Below are positions 9,413-17,441 of a stretch of DNA of 34,682 bases, piece by piece. The stretch comes from Phycisphaerales bacterium (GTDB lineage Bacteria; Planctomycetota; Phycisphaerae; Phycisphaerales; UBA1924): NCBI GenBank assembly GCA_043101835.1, contig JBICHM010000198.1, positions 1-34,682 on the forward strand, in the 5' to 3' direction. Numbering within the stretch: position 1 is the stretch's first letter; each line of letters begins with the position of its first letter. Below the pieces are notes generated by a model. It did not search any database. It was not told the DNA's origin and worked only from the letters and a program-made list of their open reading frames with translations. Made by a program: the position numbers and the translations under genes.

Positions 9413-11409
9413 ATCAGCGATGCGTCGGTGAGGATCTCGACCGTGGCGGGCCCCGGGTACGCCAGCGCCCGCTCGATCGCATCGTCGATCGCGCCGGCGC
9501 CTTCGACGCGCAGCCCAAGGCCGCCGCATGAACTCACATACGCCGCGATATCCGGATTGGTCAGCCCGGTCTGCCAGACCGGAAGCTCGACAGCGCGCTG
9601 CTCCTTGGAGATCTTCGCGAGTTCGTTGTTGTTGAGCAGGATGTGCGTGATGTTCATGCCGTAGCGGACAGCGGTGTTGACCTCCCAGGCGTACTGCCCG
9701 AAGCCGCCGTCGCCGGACACGCAGACGACGGGGCGATCCAGGAAGCGTCCCCCCCACCGGCCTCTGACCTGCGTCGCGCACCACGCGCCGATGGCGGCGG
9801 GATAGCCGAAGCCGATGGAGCCGAGATAGCCGCTCATGAGCACGGCCTGACTTCCTGACGCCTCGAAGTACCGCCCGAAGGAGTAGGTGTTGTTGCCGAC
9901 ATCGACGGCGAGGATGGCGTCATCGGGGATGACGCGATTCATCGCGTCGAAGACGGCGATGGATGAGACGCCGGCGCCCCGGTCGTCGGCGAGTCGGCTG
10001 GCCTTCTCGAGACGCCAGATGGCCCAGCGCTCGGCGACCTCGGCCGATTGATCGGTTGCGCTGTGGCCGCCGCGGAGCGCTTCGAGAAGGAACGAGGCGG
10101 TGACGCCGATGTCGCCCCAGACTGGGACCTCCACGGCGTGGAACTTCCCGAGGTGCATGCGGTCGAAGTCGACCTGCACGATGGGTTTCTTGGGCGTGAT
10201 GCCGGTGTGGTTGCTGAACGAAGCGCCGAAGACGAGCATCGCGTCGCACTCGTTCATAAACCACGACGCGATCGGCGTGCCGCTGCGCCCCAGCACCCCC
10301 GCGCCGAGCGGGTGGCGCGGATGGTCGGCGACGAGCCCCTTGGCCTTGAAGGTGGTGAGGACGGGCGCGCCGAGCTCCTCCGCGAGCGCGAGGACCGGCG
10401 CCATGTCGAATCGCGCGCCGTGGCCGACGACGATGACCGGTCGCTTCGCGCCGCGCAGCAGCGTGGTCGCGCCGTCGAGCGCATCGGCCGGCGGCGTGAT
10501 GCGGTGGTCAGCGAAGCGCCCGTCCGGCGCACCGGCCGCGGCGCCCTCTTCCGCTGGCATCTCCTGCACATCGTCGGGGAAGATGATGTGCGCGACCTCG
10601 CGCTCGACCTTGGCCGTCTTGCACGCGAGCGACATGAGCTCCGCGTGATTCGAACCCGGCAGACAAAGATGGCTGAAGCGCGCGACCGCGCTGAATGCTT
10701 CTTTCAGCGGCAGCTCCTGGAACGCGCCGGGGCCGAAGACCTGCTGGTTCACCTGCCCCGTGAGGGCGAGCACCGGTGCACGATCGACCTTTGCGTCCCA
10801 GAGCCCGGTAAGGAGATTCGTCGCCCCGGGGCCGGCGATGGTGAGGCACGCCGCGGGATCGCCGGTGAGCTTGCCAAAGGCGCTCGCTGCGAATGCGGCC
10901 GCGCCCTCGTGGCGGATGCCGATGTAGGTGAGTTCCCCGGCGTCGCAGCGCCGCCGGATGGCGTCGGCGAGCCCGAGGTTGGAGTGGCCGACCATGCCGA
11001 AGACATGCGTCACGCCCCAGGCGACCATCGTCTCGGCCATGACATCGGTGACGGTGCGCACATGCGCCGGCTCGGCCTCGATACCGATGTAGACGCCGTC
11101 CGCGCGTTCCTCAACGGGGTAGGTCTCGACGCCGTCGTCGTAGCCGCCGGGCGGCTTGCCGGTGAGCGGATCGAAGTCCCACCCGTGCCACGGACAGCGG
11201 AGGCAACCGTTCTCGATGGAGCCCTCGCCGAGTGGCCCGCCCTGGTGCGGACAGGCGTTGTCGAGGGCGCCGTACGTCCCGTTCACGCGCGTGAGGCATA
11301 CCTGCTTGGCGCCGGCGACCACGGTCTGCACGCGACCTTCGGGCAGCGCGTCGCGCTCGGCGACTTTGTGCCAGCTGAGGGTGACCGGCCGTGGCTGTGG
11401 TTCGTTCAT
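9409..11409 (-). CDS. Rieske [2Fe-2S] domain fused to a thiamine-diphosphate enzyme (pyruvate oxidase / acetolactate synthase-like)
   Basis: N-terminal CPH-x16-CPWH (coordinates 11185-11253). The rest is a full three-domain ThDP enzyme: GPGATNLLTGLWDAKVDRAPVLALTGQV, then the ThDP-binding motif GDGGFGQYAWEVNTAVRYGMNITHILLNNNE. The ATG at 11409 overlaps the upstream stop as ATGA. Confidence 0.9.
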   Translation of the reverse strand: MNEPQPRPVTLSWHKVAERDALPEGRVQTVVAGAKQVCLTRVNGTYGALDNACPHQGGPLGEGSIENGCLRCPWHGWDFDPLTGKPPGGYDDGVETYPVEERADGVYIGIEAEPAHVRTVTDVMAETMVAWGVTHVFGMVGHSNLGLADAIRRRCDAGELTYIGIRHEGAAAFAASAFGKLTGDPAACLTIAGPGATNLLTGLWDAKVDRAPVLALTGQVNQQVFGPGAFQELPLKEAFSAVARFSHLCLPGSNHAELMSLACKTAKVEREVAHIIFPDDVQEMPAEEGAAAGAPDGRFADHRITPPADALDGATTLLRGAKRPVIVVGHGARFDMAPVLALAEELGAPVLTTFKAKGLVADHPRHPLGAGVLGRSGTPIASWFMNECDAMLVFGASFSNHTGITPKKPIVQVDFDRMHLGKFHAVEVPVWGDIGVTASFLLEALRGGHSATDQSAEVAERWAIWRLEKASRLADDRGAGVSSIAVFDAMNRVIPDDAILAVDVGNNTYSFGRYFEASGSQAVLMSGYLGSIGFGYPAAIGAWCATQVRGRWGGRFLDRPVVCVSGDGGFGQYAWEVNTAVRYGMNITHILLNNNELAKISKEQRAVELPVWQTGLTNPDIAAYVSSCGGLGLRVEGAGAIDDAIERALAYPGPATVEILTDASLI

Positions 11410-13067
11410 CGCGTTGGCTCCGCTCCGGAGGCGATGCCGACGCCCGCGTAGCGCACGCCCGCAAGGTCAGCGACCTCACGCTTCCACGAGGTCAGACTCG
11501 TCGCGTCAAACCCATGCACGTGATCATGCCCGCACGCGCGAGCCATGACCTGCATGAGTTCGACCGAGGCCTCAAAGAAGCGCGCAAGGCGCTTCGCCGA
11601 CTCGTCGATGATCAGGCGGGCGCGCAGGTGGTCTTTCTGCGTGGCGATGCCCACCGGGCAGTTGTTGCTGTCGCAGGCGCGCATGCCGAGGCAGCCGATC
11701 GCCTGGATTGCGCTGTTGGCCAGCGCGACCGCGTCGGCGCCGAGCATCATGGCCTTCACGAAGTCCGCCGGCGTGCGCAGGCCTCCGGTGATGATGAGCG
11801 TCACCGGCGCGTCCGAGCGGCGCCCGCGCCCGAGCGCTTCGAGATGGCGCCGGGCGCGCGCAAGCGCGGGGATCGTCGGCACGCTGATGTGATCGCGGAA
11901 GAGCAGCGGCGCCGAGCCGGTGCCGCCGCCCCGGCCGTCGAGAATGATGTAGTCGGCGCTCGCGGCGAGGGCGAAGTCGATGTCGTCCTCGATGTGCTGC
12001 GCGCTGATCTTGAACCCGACCGGAATGCCGCCGGTCGCCTCCCGAACCGCATCGGCGACCGCCTTGAAGTCGGGCGGCGTCTTCAGATCCGGGAAGGTCG
12101 CCGGGCTCACCGCCGTCGCGCCGACCGGAACGCCGCGGACGGTGGCGATCGCCTCGGTGACCTTCGATCCGGGCAGGTGCCCGCCGGTGCCGGTCTTCGC
12201 CGCCTGGCCGCCCTTGAAGTGGAACGCCTGACACTTCGCCACCTTGTCCATCGAGAATCCGAAGCGGGCGCTGGCGAGCTCGTAGAAGTACCGGCTGTTG
12301 GCCGCGCGCTCGTCCTCGAGCATGCCGCCCTCGCCGGAGCAGATGCCGGTCCCGGCGCGCTCGGCGCCGGTCGCAAGGGCGATCTTCGCCTCGGCGCTCA
12401 GTGCGCCGAACGACATGTCGCTGACGAAAAGCGGGATCTCGAGGCGGAGCGGCTTCGCGGCGGCGGGGCCGATGACGACCTCCGTTCCCACCGACTCATC
12501 GTCGAGCAGCGGGCGCGTTGCGAGCTGCGCGGTGAGGATCTGCAGATCGTCCCATGTCGGCAGTTGATCGCGTGGCACGCCCATCGCCCCGGACGGGCCG
12601 TGGTGCCCGACCTTCTCGAGGCCGTCGCGCGCCAGCGACTGGATCAGCCCGTTGTGCGGCTCGGCGTCATCGCCGTGGTGATCCTGGTACGGCCCCAGAT
12701 ACTGGTCGCGGTCGTAGGGCTGGGGATGCCTTGCCTCCCATGCCGCGACTTCGTCGGCGTCCACGAAGACGGCGCCATCTTCGATCCAGCAGGCGAACTT
12801 CTCGAGCCGCTCCTCGTTGTTGTACGCGCTTACGCCGGTGTCGTAGCGGTAGTCCCGCCCGTGCAACCCGCAGATGAGGTTGTCGCCGTCGATGTGCCCG
12901 TCGCTCAGCAGGGCGCCGCGATGCAGGCATCGCCCGTAGAGCGCGGAAACCTGTGTCGCCCCGGCGCGCTCGAAGCGGATGAGCACCAGATCCACTCCGC
13001 CGACGAGCGCGTGCACCGGTTCGAGCGTCTTGAGATCTGAGAGCGTCGCGACTCGGGTTGCCTGCAT
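11406..13067 (-). CDS. Rieske [2Fe-2S] domain fused to a glutamate-synthase-like FMN-binding domain (GltB domain-2 family)
   Basis: N-terminal CLH-x16-CGLH (12861-12929). Followed by DMSFGALSAEAKIALATGAERAGTGICSGEGG, GQAAKTGTGGHLPGSKV, ILDGRGGGTGSAP and IITGGLRTPADFVKAMMLGADAV. Start chosen at ATG 13067 (GGAG 6 nt upstream). ATG 13094 is an alternative. Confidence 0.88.
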   Translation of the reverse strand: MQATRVATLSDLKTLEPVHALVGGVDLVLIRFERAGATQVSALYGRCLHRGALLSDGHIDGDNLICGLHGRDYRYDTGVSAYNNEERLEKFACWIEDGAVFVDADEVAAWEARHPQPYDRDQYLGPYQDHHGDDAEPHNGLIQSLARDGLEKVGHHGPSGAMGVPRDQLPTWDDLQILTAQLATRPLLDDESVGTEVVIGPAAAKPLRLEIPLFVSDMSFGALSAEAKIALATGAERAGTGICSGEGGMLEDERAANSRYFYELASARFGFSMDKVAKCQAFHFKGGQAAKTGTGGHLPGSKVTEAIATVRGVPVGATAVSPATFPDLKTPPDFKAVADAVREATGGIPVGFKISAQHIEDDIDFALAASADYIILDGRGGGTGSAPLLFRDHISVPTIPALARARRHLEALGRGRRSDAPVTLIITGGLRTPADFVKAMMLGADAVALANSAIQAIGCLGMRACDSNNCPVGIATQKDHLRARLIIDESAKRLARFFEASVELMQVMARACGHDHVHGFDATSLTSWKREVADLAGVRYAGVGIASGAEPTR

Positions 13068-13214
13068 GCTGTGCTCCGATCGAACCGGCGCCATCGCCGC
13101 GTACCGCGATCACGCTACCATCCCCTCGCGGTCACATGGCCCTGCGATTCCGCATGTCGGGGAATACTTCACCGACGGCGACCGATTCGCCGGTTGACGA
13201 GGGAGGGGATCCCG
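13068..13214. promoter_or_regulatory. divergent intergenic region between the two Rieske operons
   Basis: 147 nt of non-coding sequence between divergent starts 13067 (-) and 13215 (+), so it must hold both promoters. No confident -35/-10 or operator could be read. Confidence 0.3.
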
Positions 13215-13436
13215 ATGCTTGTTGCAACGATCGCGTTGCTCGTACTCGCTGGGTACGTCGCCATCGGCGTCGTCTTCGGTGTGGCCTTTTCTGCTCGGGT
13301 CGTCGATCGGCTCGATTCCGCGGCGGAGGGCGCCGGCCTGGGATTCCACCTGATCATCATCCCCGGCGCCGCCGCGCTCTGGCCGCTTCTGCTCCGACGA
13401 TCACTCGGTGCGCACCGGGCAGGAGACGGCGCGTGA
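13215..13436 (+). CDS. small two-helix membrane protein (73 aa)
   Basis: ATG 13215 preceded by GGGAGGGG (13201-13208). Hydrophobic helices MLVATIALLVLAGYVAIGVVFGVAF and GFHLIIIPGAAALWPLLL. The stop overlaps the next start (GTGA). Confidence 0.55.
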   Translation: MLVATIALLVLAGYVAIGVVFGVAFSARVVDRLDSAAEGAGLGFHLIIIPGAAALWPLLLRRSLGAHRAGDGA

Positions 13437-13573
13437 CCCGCGGCCAGCGACGGGCGCACCTTCGAATCTGGCTCGTCCTCGGGCCGCTCCTCCTCGGTGC
13501 GATAGTCGTGTTGAGCGCGCTCAGGCCGGAGCGACTGGTGTCGGCGGCCCACAGCATCGAGGCTGCGCCGTGA
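13433..13573 (+). CDS. small single-helix membrane protein (46 aa)
   Basis: GTG 13433 overlaps the previous TGA (13434-13436). One helix, LRIWLVLGPLLLGAIVVLSAL. Its TGA (13571-13573) overlaps the next GTG (13570). Supported mainly by the double GTGA coupling. Confidence 0.4.
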   Translation: MTRGQRRAHLRIWLVLGPLLLGAIVVLSALRPERLVSAAHSIEAAP

Positions 13574-14631
13574 CGCACCAATACCGCATGGTGCAATGGA
13601 ATCGGCACAAGCGCATCTACGACGCGCTGGCGCTCGTGTGCATCGTGCTCTTCATCGGGGCGTTCATCATTGGCGGCAAGCTTGCCTACTCCGGCGCCAG
13701 TGCCCTCTCCGATGAGGTGTTGCTGCTCCGCGCTCTTGGCGTATGCGCGTTCCTGATGCTGCACATCGTGCTTTGCATCGGACCGCTTGCGCGGTTCAGT
13801 GACCGATTTGCGCCGCTGTTGTACAACCGCCGACACCTTGGCGTGCTGACGTTCGTCGTCGGTCTGGGACACGCGGCGCTGACCGTGCTCTACTACGGCG
13901 GCTTCGGCGACAAGAACCCCGTCGCGGCGCTGCTTGCCCACGAGGGCGCAACCGCGACAATCTCCGGTTTCCCGTTCGAGTGGCTCGGGTTCGCTGCACT
14001 GCTCATTCTCTTCGTCATGGCGGCGACCAGCCACGACTTCTGGCTGGCGAGCCTGTCGCCGCGCGTGTGGAAGCGCCTGCACATGCTGGTGTACGGCGCA
14101 TACGCGTCTTTGGTGCTGCATGTGCTGCTCGGGGTTCTGCAGAGTGAGCCGAGCCCGGTGTACCCGGCGTTGCTTGCATCCGGGGTCGCGACGGTCGCAG
14201 GGCTGCATATCGCAGCCGGCCTCAAGGAGGCTCGGCGCAATCGCGCCGCGCCGTCCGGCGCGGATGGATGGATCGACGCCGGCCTGGCAGCGGACCTGCC
14301 GGAGAAACGAGGGCGCATCATTTGTCTCTCGGGGGGCGAGCGTGTGGCGCTCTTCAGGCATGACGGCAAGATCTCGGCGACCAGCAACGTGTGCGCGCAC
14401 CAGGGCGGCCCTCTAGGCGAGGGGGAGATCATCGATGGCTGCCTGACCTGCCCGTGGCACGGTTACCAGTACCTGCCGGAGTCTGGAACGAGCCCGCCGC
14501 CGTACTCCGAGAAGATTGCGACCTACGAAGTGCGCATCGAGGGCGGACGCGTGCTGATCAACCCGGCCGCGTGTGCGCCTGGCGCCCCGGTCGAGCCGAC
14601 CCGCTTCGAAGGAGCGCCGACTGATGAGTGA
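13570..14631 (+). CDS. ferric-reductase-like (YedZ/MsrQ-type, di-haem b) transmembrane domain fused to a C-terminal Rieske [2Fe-2S] domain
   Basis: Six helices with conserved His residues (FLMLHIV, VGLGHAAL, AATSHDFW, RLHMLVYG, LVLHVLLG). C-terminal CAH-x16-CPWH at 14392-14460. Start at GTG 13570 (alternative ATG 13588). Confidence 0.85.
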   Translation: MTHQYRMVQWNRHKRIYDALALVCIVLFIGAFIIGGKLAYSGASALSDEVLLLRALGVCAFLMLHIVLCIGPLARFSDRFAPLLYNRRHLGVLTFVVGLGHAALTVLYYGGFGDKNPVAALLAHEGATATISGFPFEWLGFAALLILFVMAATSHDFWLASLSPRVWKRLHMLVYGAYASLVLHVLLGVLQSEPSPVYPALLASGVATVAGLHIAAGLKEARRNRAAPSGADGWIDAGLAADLPEKRGRIICLSGGERVALFRHDGKISATSNVCAHQGGPLGEGEIIDGCLTCPWHGYQYLPESGTSPPPYSEKIATYEVRIEGGRVLINPAACAPGAPVEPTRFEGAPTDE

Positions 14632-15448
14632 GCGCAGCGACGAACCGATCTACGTCGGCTACCTGCCGGCGCCGGCGCGCCACGGCCGCCTAGTGCGGAT
14701 TGCGGTTCCGGCGATCGCGCTGCTCGCGCTGGCGGTTGGGGTCGGCGCGGCGCTCTCGCAGCGCGATCCCGGCCCGGGCGTGTGGAGCGACGGCAGCGCG
14801 GAGTCGTTCCGCGGCGTGCTCGTCGAGCGGCCGTACCCGATGCTCGTGCCGGCCGATGGGCCTCCGCTGCTGCTTGTCGAGATGAGCAAGCGCGGCGCGC
14901 AAGGGCGCGTCGCCGGGCTGGACGGGCAAAGCGTCGAGGCGACCGGCTGGCCACTCACCCGCGAGGGGCGCAGGATGCTCGAACTCTCCCCGGAACCGGA
15001 TGCGCTGCGCGAGCTCGAGACCCCGGTCCGCGCTGCAGTCGTCGAGATGCTGTCGCAGGGATCGGCGACGCTCGTTGGCGAGATCGTCGACTCGAAGTGC
15101 TACCTCGGCGCGATGAAGCCGGGTGACGGCAAGGGTCACAAAGCGTGCGCGACACTATGCGTCACCGGAGGCATTCCGCCTGTCCTCGTCACGTTCGATA
15201 AGGACGGCGCGGCCGTTGGCTTCTACCTCATCGCCGATGAGGCCGGCGACGGCGCGAACGCGATCGCGGCGCCCTTCCTCGGCGAGCCGGTCGAGGTGTC
15301 GGGGACGCTCGCGTCGTATGCGGGGATGCAGGTCCTCCGCGTGCGCGCCGACGGGATCAGCGTCCGCTCCAGCGCAAAAAGAGAGCCGGCGGCGCCAGGA
15401 ACGGTCGCCGCCGACTCCCCACGAAGGGTGAACCAGGGTGTGCGCTGA
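14624..15448 (+). CDS. membrane-anchored hypothetical protein with a C-x14-C-x3-C motif
   Basis: ATG 14624 overlaps the upstream stop by 8 nt. N-terminal anchor IAVPAIALLALAVGVGAAL. Conserved-looking motif SKCYLGAMKPGDGKGHKACATLCVTGGIPPVL. No family recognised. Confidence 0.7.
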   Translation: MSERSDEPIYVGYLPAPARHGRLVRIAVPAIALLALAVGVGAALSQRDPGPGVWSDGSAESFRGVLVERPYPMLVPADGPPLLLVEMSKRGAQGRVAGLDGQSVEATGWPLTREGRRMLELSPEPDALRELETPVRAAVVEMLSQGSATLVGEIVDSKCYLGAMKPGDGKGHKACATLCVTGGIPPVLVTFDKDGAAVGFYLIADEAGDGANAIAAPFLGEPVEVSGTLASYAGMQVLRVRADGISVRSSAKREPAAPGTVAADSPRRVNQGVR

Positions 15449-15458
15449 CGCGCAGCGC
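15442..15458. terminator. short GC hairpin between convergent genes
   Basis: GCGCTG (15442-15447) / CAGCGC (15453-15458) with a 5-nt loop, overlapping the TGA of the upstream gene. Only 20 nt separate the two convergent stops. Weak. Confidence 0.25.
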
Positions 15459-15468
15459 CCGATTTCGG

Positions 15469-16404
15469 TCAGTTGGAGGGCGGGAGGATGACGGTGTCGA
15501 TCACGTGGATGACGCCGTTGGCCGCCTCGATGTCGGTGGCGGTGACGGTCGCATCGTTGACCGTCACGCCGCCCTGACCGGCGTTGATCTTGACCTTGGC
15601 GCCGTTCAGCGTCTTCGCGCTGTTCAGCTTCACGACGTCGGTGGCGTAGACACGCCCGGGCACGACGTGGTAGGTGAGAATCGCCTTGAGCTGATCGATG
15701 TTCTCCGGCTTCAGCAGGCTCTCGACCGTGCCTGCGGGCAGCTTCGCGACCGCCTCATCGGTCGGCGCGAAGACGGTGAAGGGACCGTCGCCCTTGAGCG
15801 CGTCGATCAGACCGGCTGCGCTCAGTGCCGCCGCGAGCGTCTCGAACGAACCGGCGCTGACTGCAACATCAACGATGTCGCGCGTCTCCGGCATGATGAC
15901 GCTGTCGATGACGTGGATCACGCCGTTCGACGCCATCACGTCGGTGGCGATCACGTTAGCGCCATCGATCGTGACCTTATCGCTCCACGCCTTGATGTCG
16001 ATCAGCTGACCGTTCAGCGTCGCGGCGGTGTCGAGCTTCACGGCCTGCGCCGCCTTCACCTTGCCGGGAACGACGTGGTAGGTGAGGATCGAAACGAGCG
16101 TGTCCTTGTTCTCCGGCTTGAGAAGGTTCTCAACCGTGCCGGCCGGAAGCTTCGCGAACGCCGCGTCGGTCGGCGCGAAGACGGTGAAGGGGCCGTCGCC
16201 CTTGAGCGCGTCGACGAGACCCGCAGCCTTGAGCGCGGCGGCGAGCGTGTTGAACTGGCCCGCGGCGACCGCGGTGTCGACGATGTCAGCCTGGGCGCCG
16301 TAGCCCTTGGCATTCTCCTTGCCGCCGGCGTTGTGGTTGTGGGCGAAGGCGGCGGGGGCGGCGGCGAGGCTCGCGGCGGCGACGAAGGTCAGCATGGTGC
16401 GCAT
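15469..16404 (-). CDS. secreted protein with two fasciclin (FAS1) domains
   Basis: Start trimmed to ATG 16404 (GAGGAG upstream). Signal peptide [21 protein letters not shown]. Two repeats of the FAS1 pattern ([33 protein letters not shown]...LTYHVVPG...[11 protein letters not shown]). Confidence 0.9.
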   Translation of the reverse strand: MRTMLTFVAAASLAAAPAAFAHNHNAGGKENAKGYGAQADIVDTAVAAGQFNTLAAALKAAGLVDALKGDGPFTVFAPTDAAFAKLPAGTVENLLKPENKDTLVSILTYHVVPGKVKAAQAVKLDTAATLNGQLIDIKAWSDKVTIDGANVIATDVMASNGVIHVIDSVIMPETRDIVDVAVSAGSFETLAAALSAAGLIDALKGDGPFTVFAPTDEAVAKLPAGTVESLLKPENIDQLKAILTYHVVPGRVYATDVVKLNSAKTLNGAKVKINAGQGGVTVNDATVTATDIEAANGVIHVIDTVILPPSN

Positions 16405-16760
16405 CGTGTGCTCCTCATGGCCCGCCGCAGCAGTGTGCCGGCGGGCGTGGGTGTTCGTGGTTGGTCGGAAGCCGCCCGGAAGGGCGACTTGGCCCCGTGC
16501 GCTTGTGGGGCGTGTGAACCGGTTCCTCGGAATCGCCAGCGGCTTTCGCGGCGCCGCCGCGGCCGGATTCAGCGAACTCGGCAGGTGACCCCGCGGGGCC
16601 GGGGTGCATCCGGGCACTCCTCGGTGTCGAACGAGGTCAGGAGCGATCTGCCAGCAGTCGATCGCCGCTGGTCGATTCGCCGTCCGCCGACATGTTCGCC
16701 GTCTGGACAAGGCGACTTGGGGTTGCCATGATCGATGTGTTGAACTATCGCCGAGGGGGT

Positions 16761-17441
16761 ATGACGCCGAGCGGATCGGCGCACGCGACCCCCGGCGAGT
16801 CCCGGTGGGCGATAGCGCGAACCCGCGCCAGGCCCACGCATCCGCGAGGCCGCGTGAGCGACCCGAGGTACAGCACCGAGCCCCTCCTTCCCCGCGTTGC
16901 CGAAGGCGACGACGCGGCGGTCAAGGATGTCATTCGCGAATACGGCGGCCTCGTCTGGTCGCTCGCCCGCCGGCTCTGCGGCAACCAGTCGGAAGCCGAG
17001 GAAGCCGTCCAGGAGATCTTCATCGATCTCTGGAAGAGCGCGGCCCGATTCGACCCGAGCATCGCGGCGGAACGCACGTTCGTCGCCATGATCGCCCGGC
17101 GCCGGTTGATCGACCGCCGACGCAAGGCCGGGCGACGGCCGACCATGACCTCGCAGGTGGAGGTCGCCGCCGACGCGCCGGCCGCCGGCAGCGACATGGA
17201 GATCTCCGAGGAGGCGCGCCAGGCTGCAGAAGCGTTTGAGCAGCTTCGTCCCGAGCAGCGCGATGTGCTGCACATGGCCATCTGGCGAAACATGACCCAC
17301 GAGCAGATCGCCTCCGCCACCGGCATGCCGCTGGGGACGGTGAAGACGCACGCGCGCCGGGGCATGATCCGGGTGCGCGAAATCCTTGCGAAAGCCAATG
17401 AAGCCGAGGCGGGCTCGCCGTCGAAGGGGGTGACGCGATGA
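16761..17441 (+). CDS. ECF-type RNA polymerase sigma-70 family factor
   Basis: Region 2 ([21 protein letters not shown]) and region 4 ([48 protein letters not shown]). Start is uncertain: ATG 16761 is chosen, GTG 16854 would give a more typical 195 aa, and the track ORF begins at 16692. Confidence 0.85.
   Translation: MTPSGSAHATPGESRWAIARTRARPTHPRGRVSDPRYSTEPLLPRVAEGDDAAVKDVIREYGGLVWSLARRLCGNQSEAEEAVQEIFIDLWKSAARFDPSIAAERTFVAMIARRRLIDRRRKAGRRPTMTSQVEVAADAPAAGSDMEISEEARQAAEAFEQLRPEQRDVLHMAIWRNMTHEQIASATGMPLGTVKTHARRGMIRVREILAKANEAEAGSPSKGVTR

Noticed and set aside
16420-16446. 8-bp GC stem (GCCCGCCG/CGGCGGGC) in the 5' leader of the fasciclin gene
   Set aside because: The loop is 11 nt, there is no conserved context, and no recognisable riboswitch or attenuator architecture.
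16738-16772. Candidate autoregulatory ECF promoter (GAAC at 16742-16745 followed about 17 nt later by CGCC/GAC)
   Set aside because: It works only if the sigma gene starts at GTG 16854. The -10 element does not match a known ECF consensus well enough, and I cannot assign the ECF group without a search.
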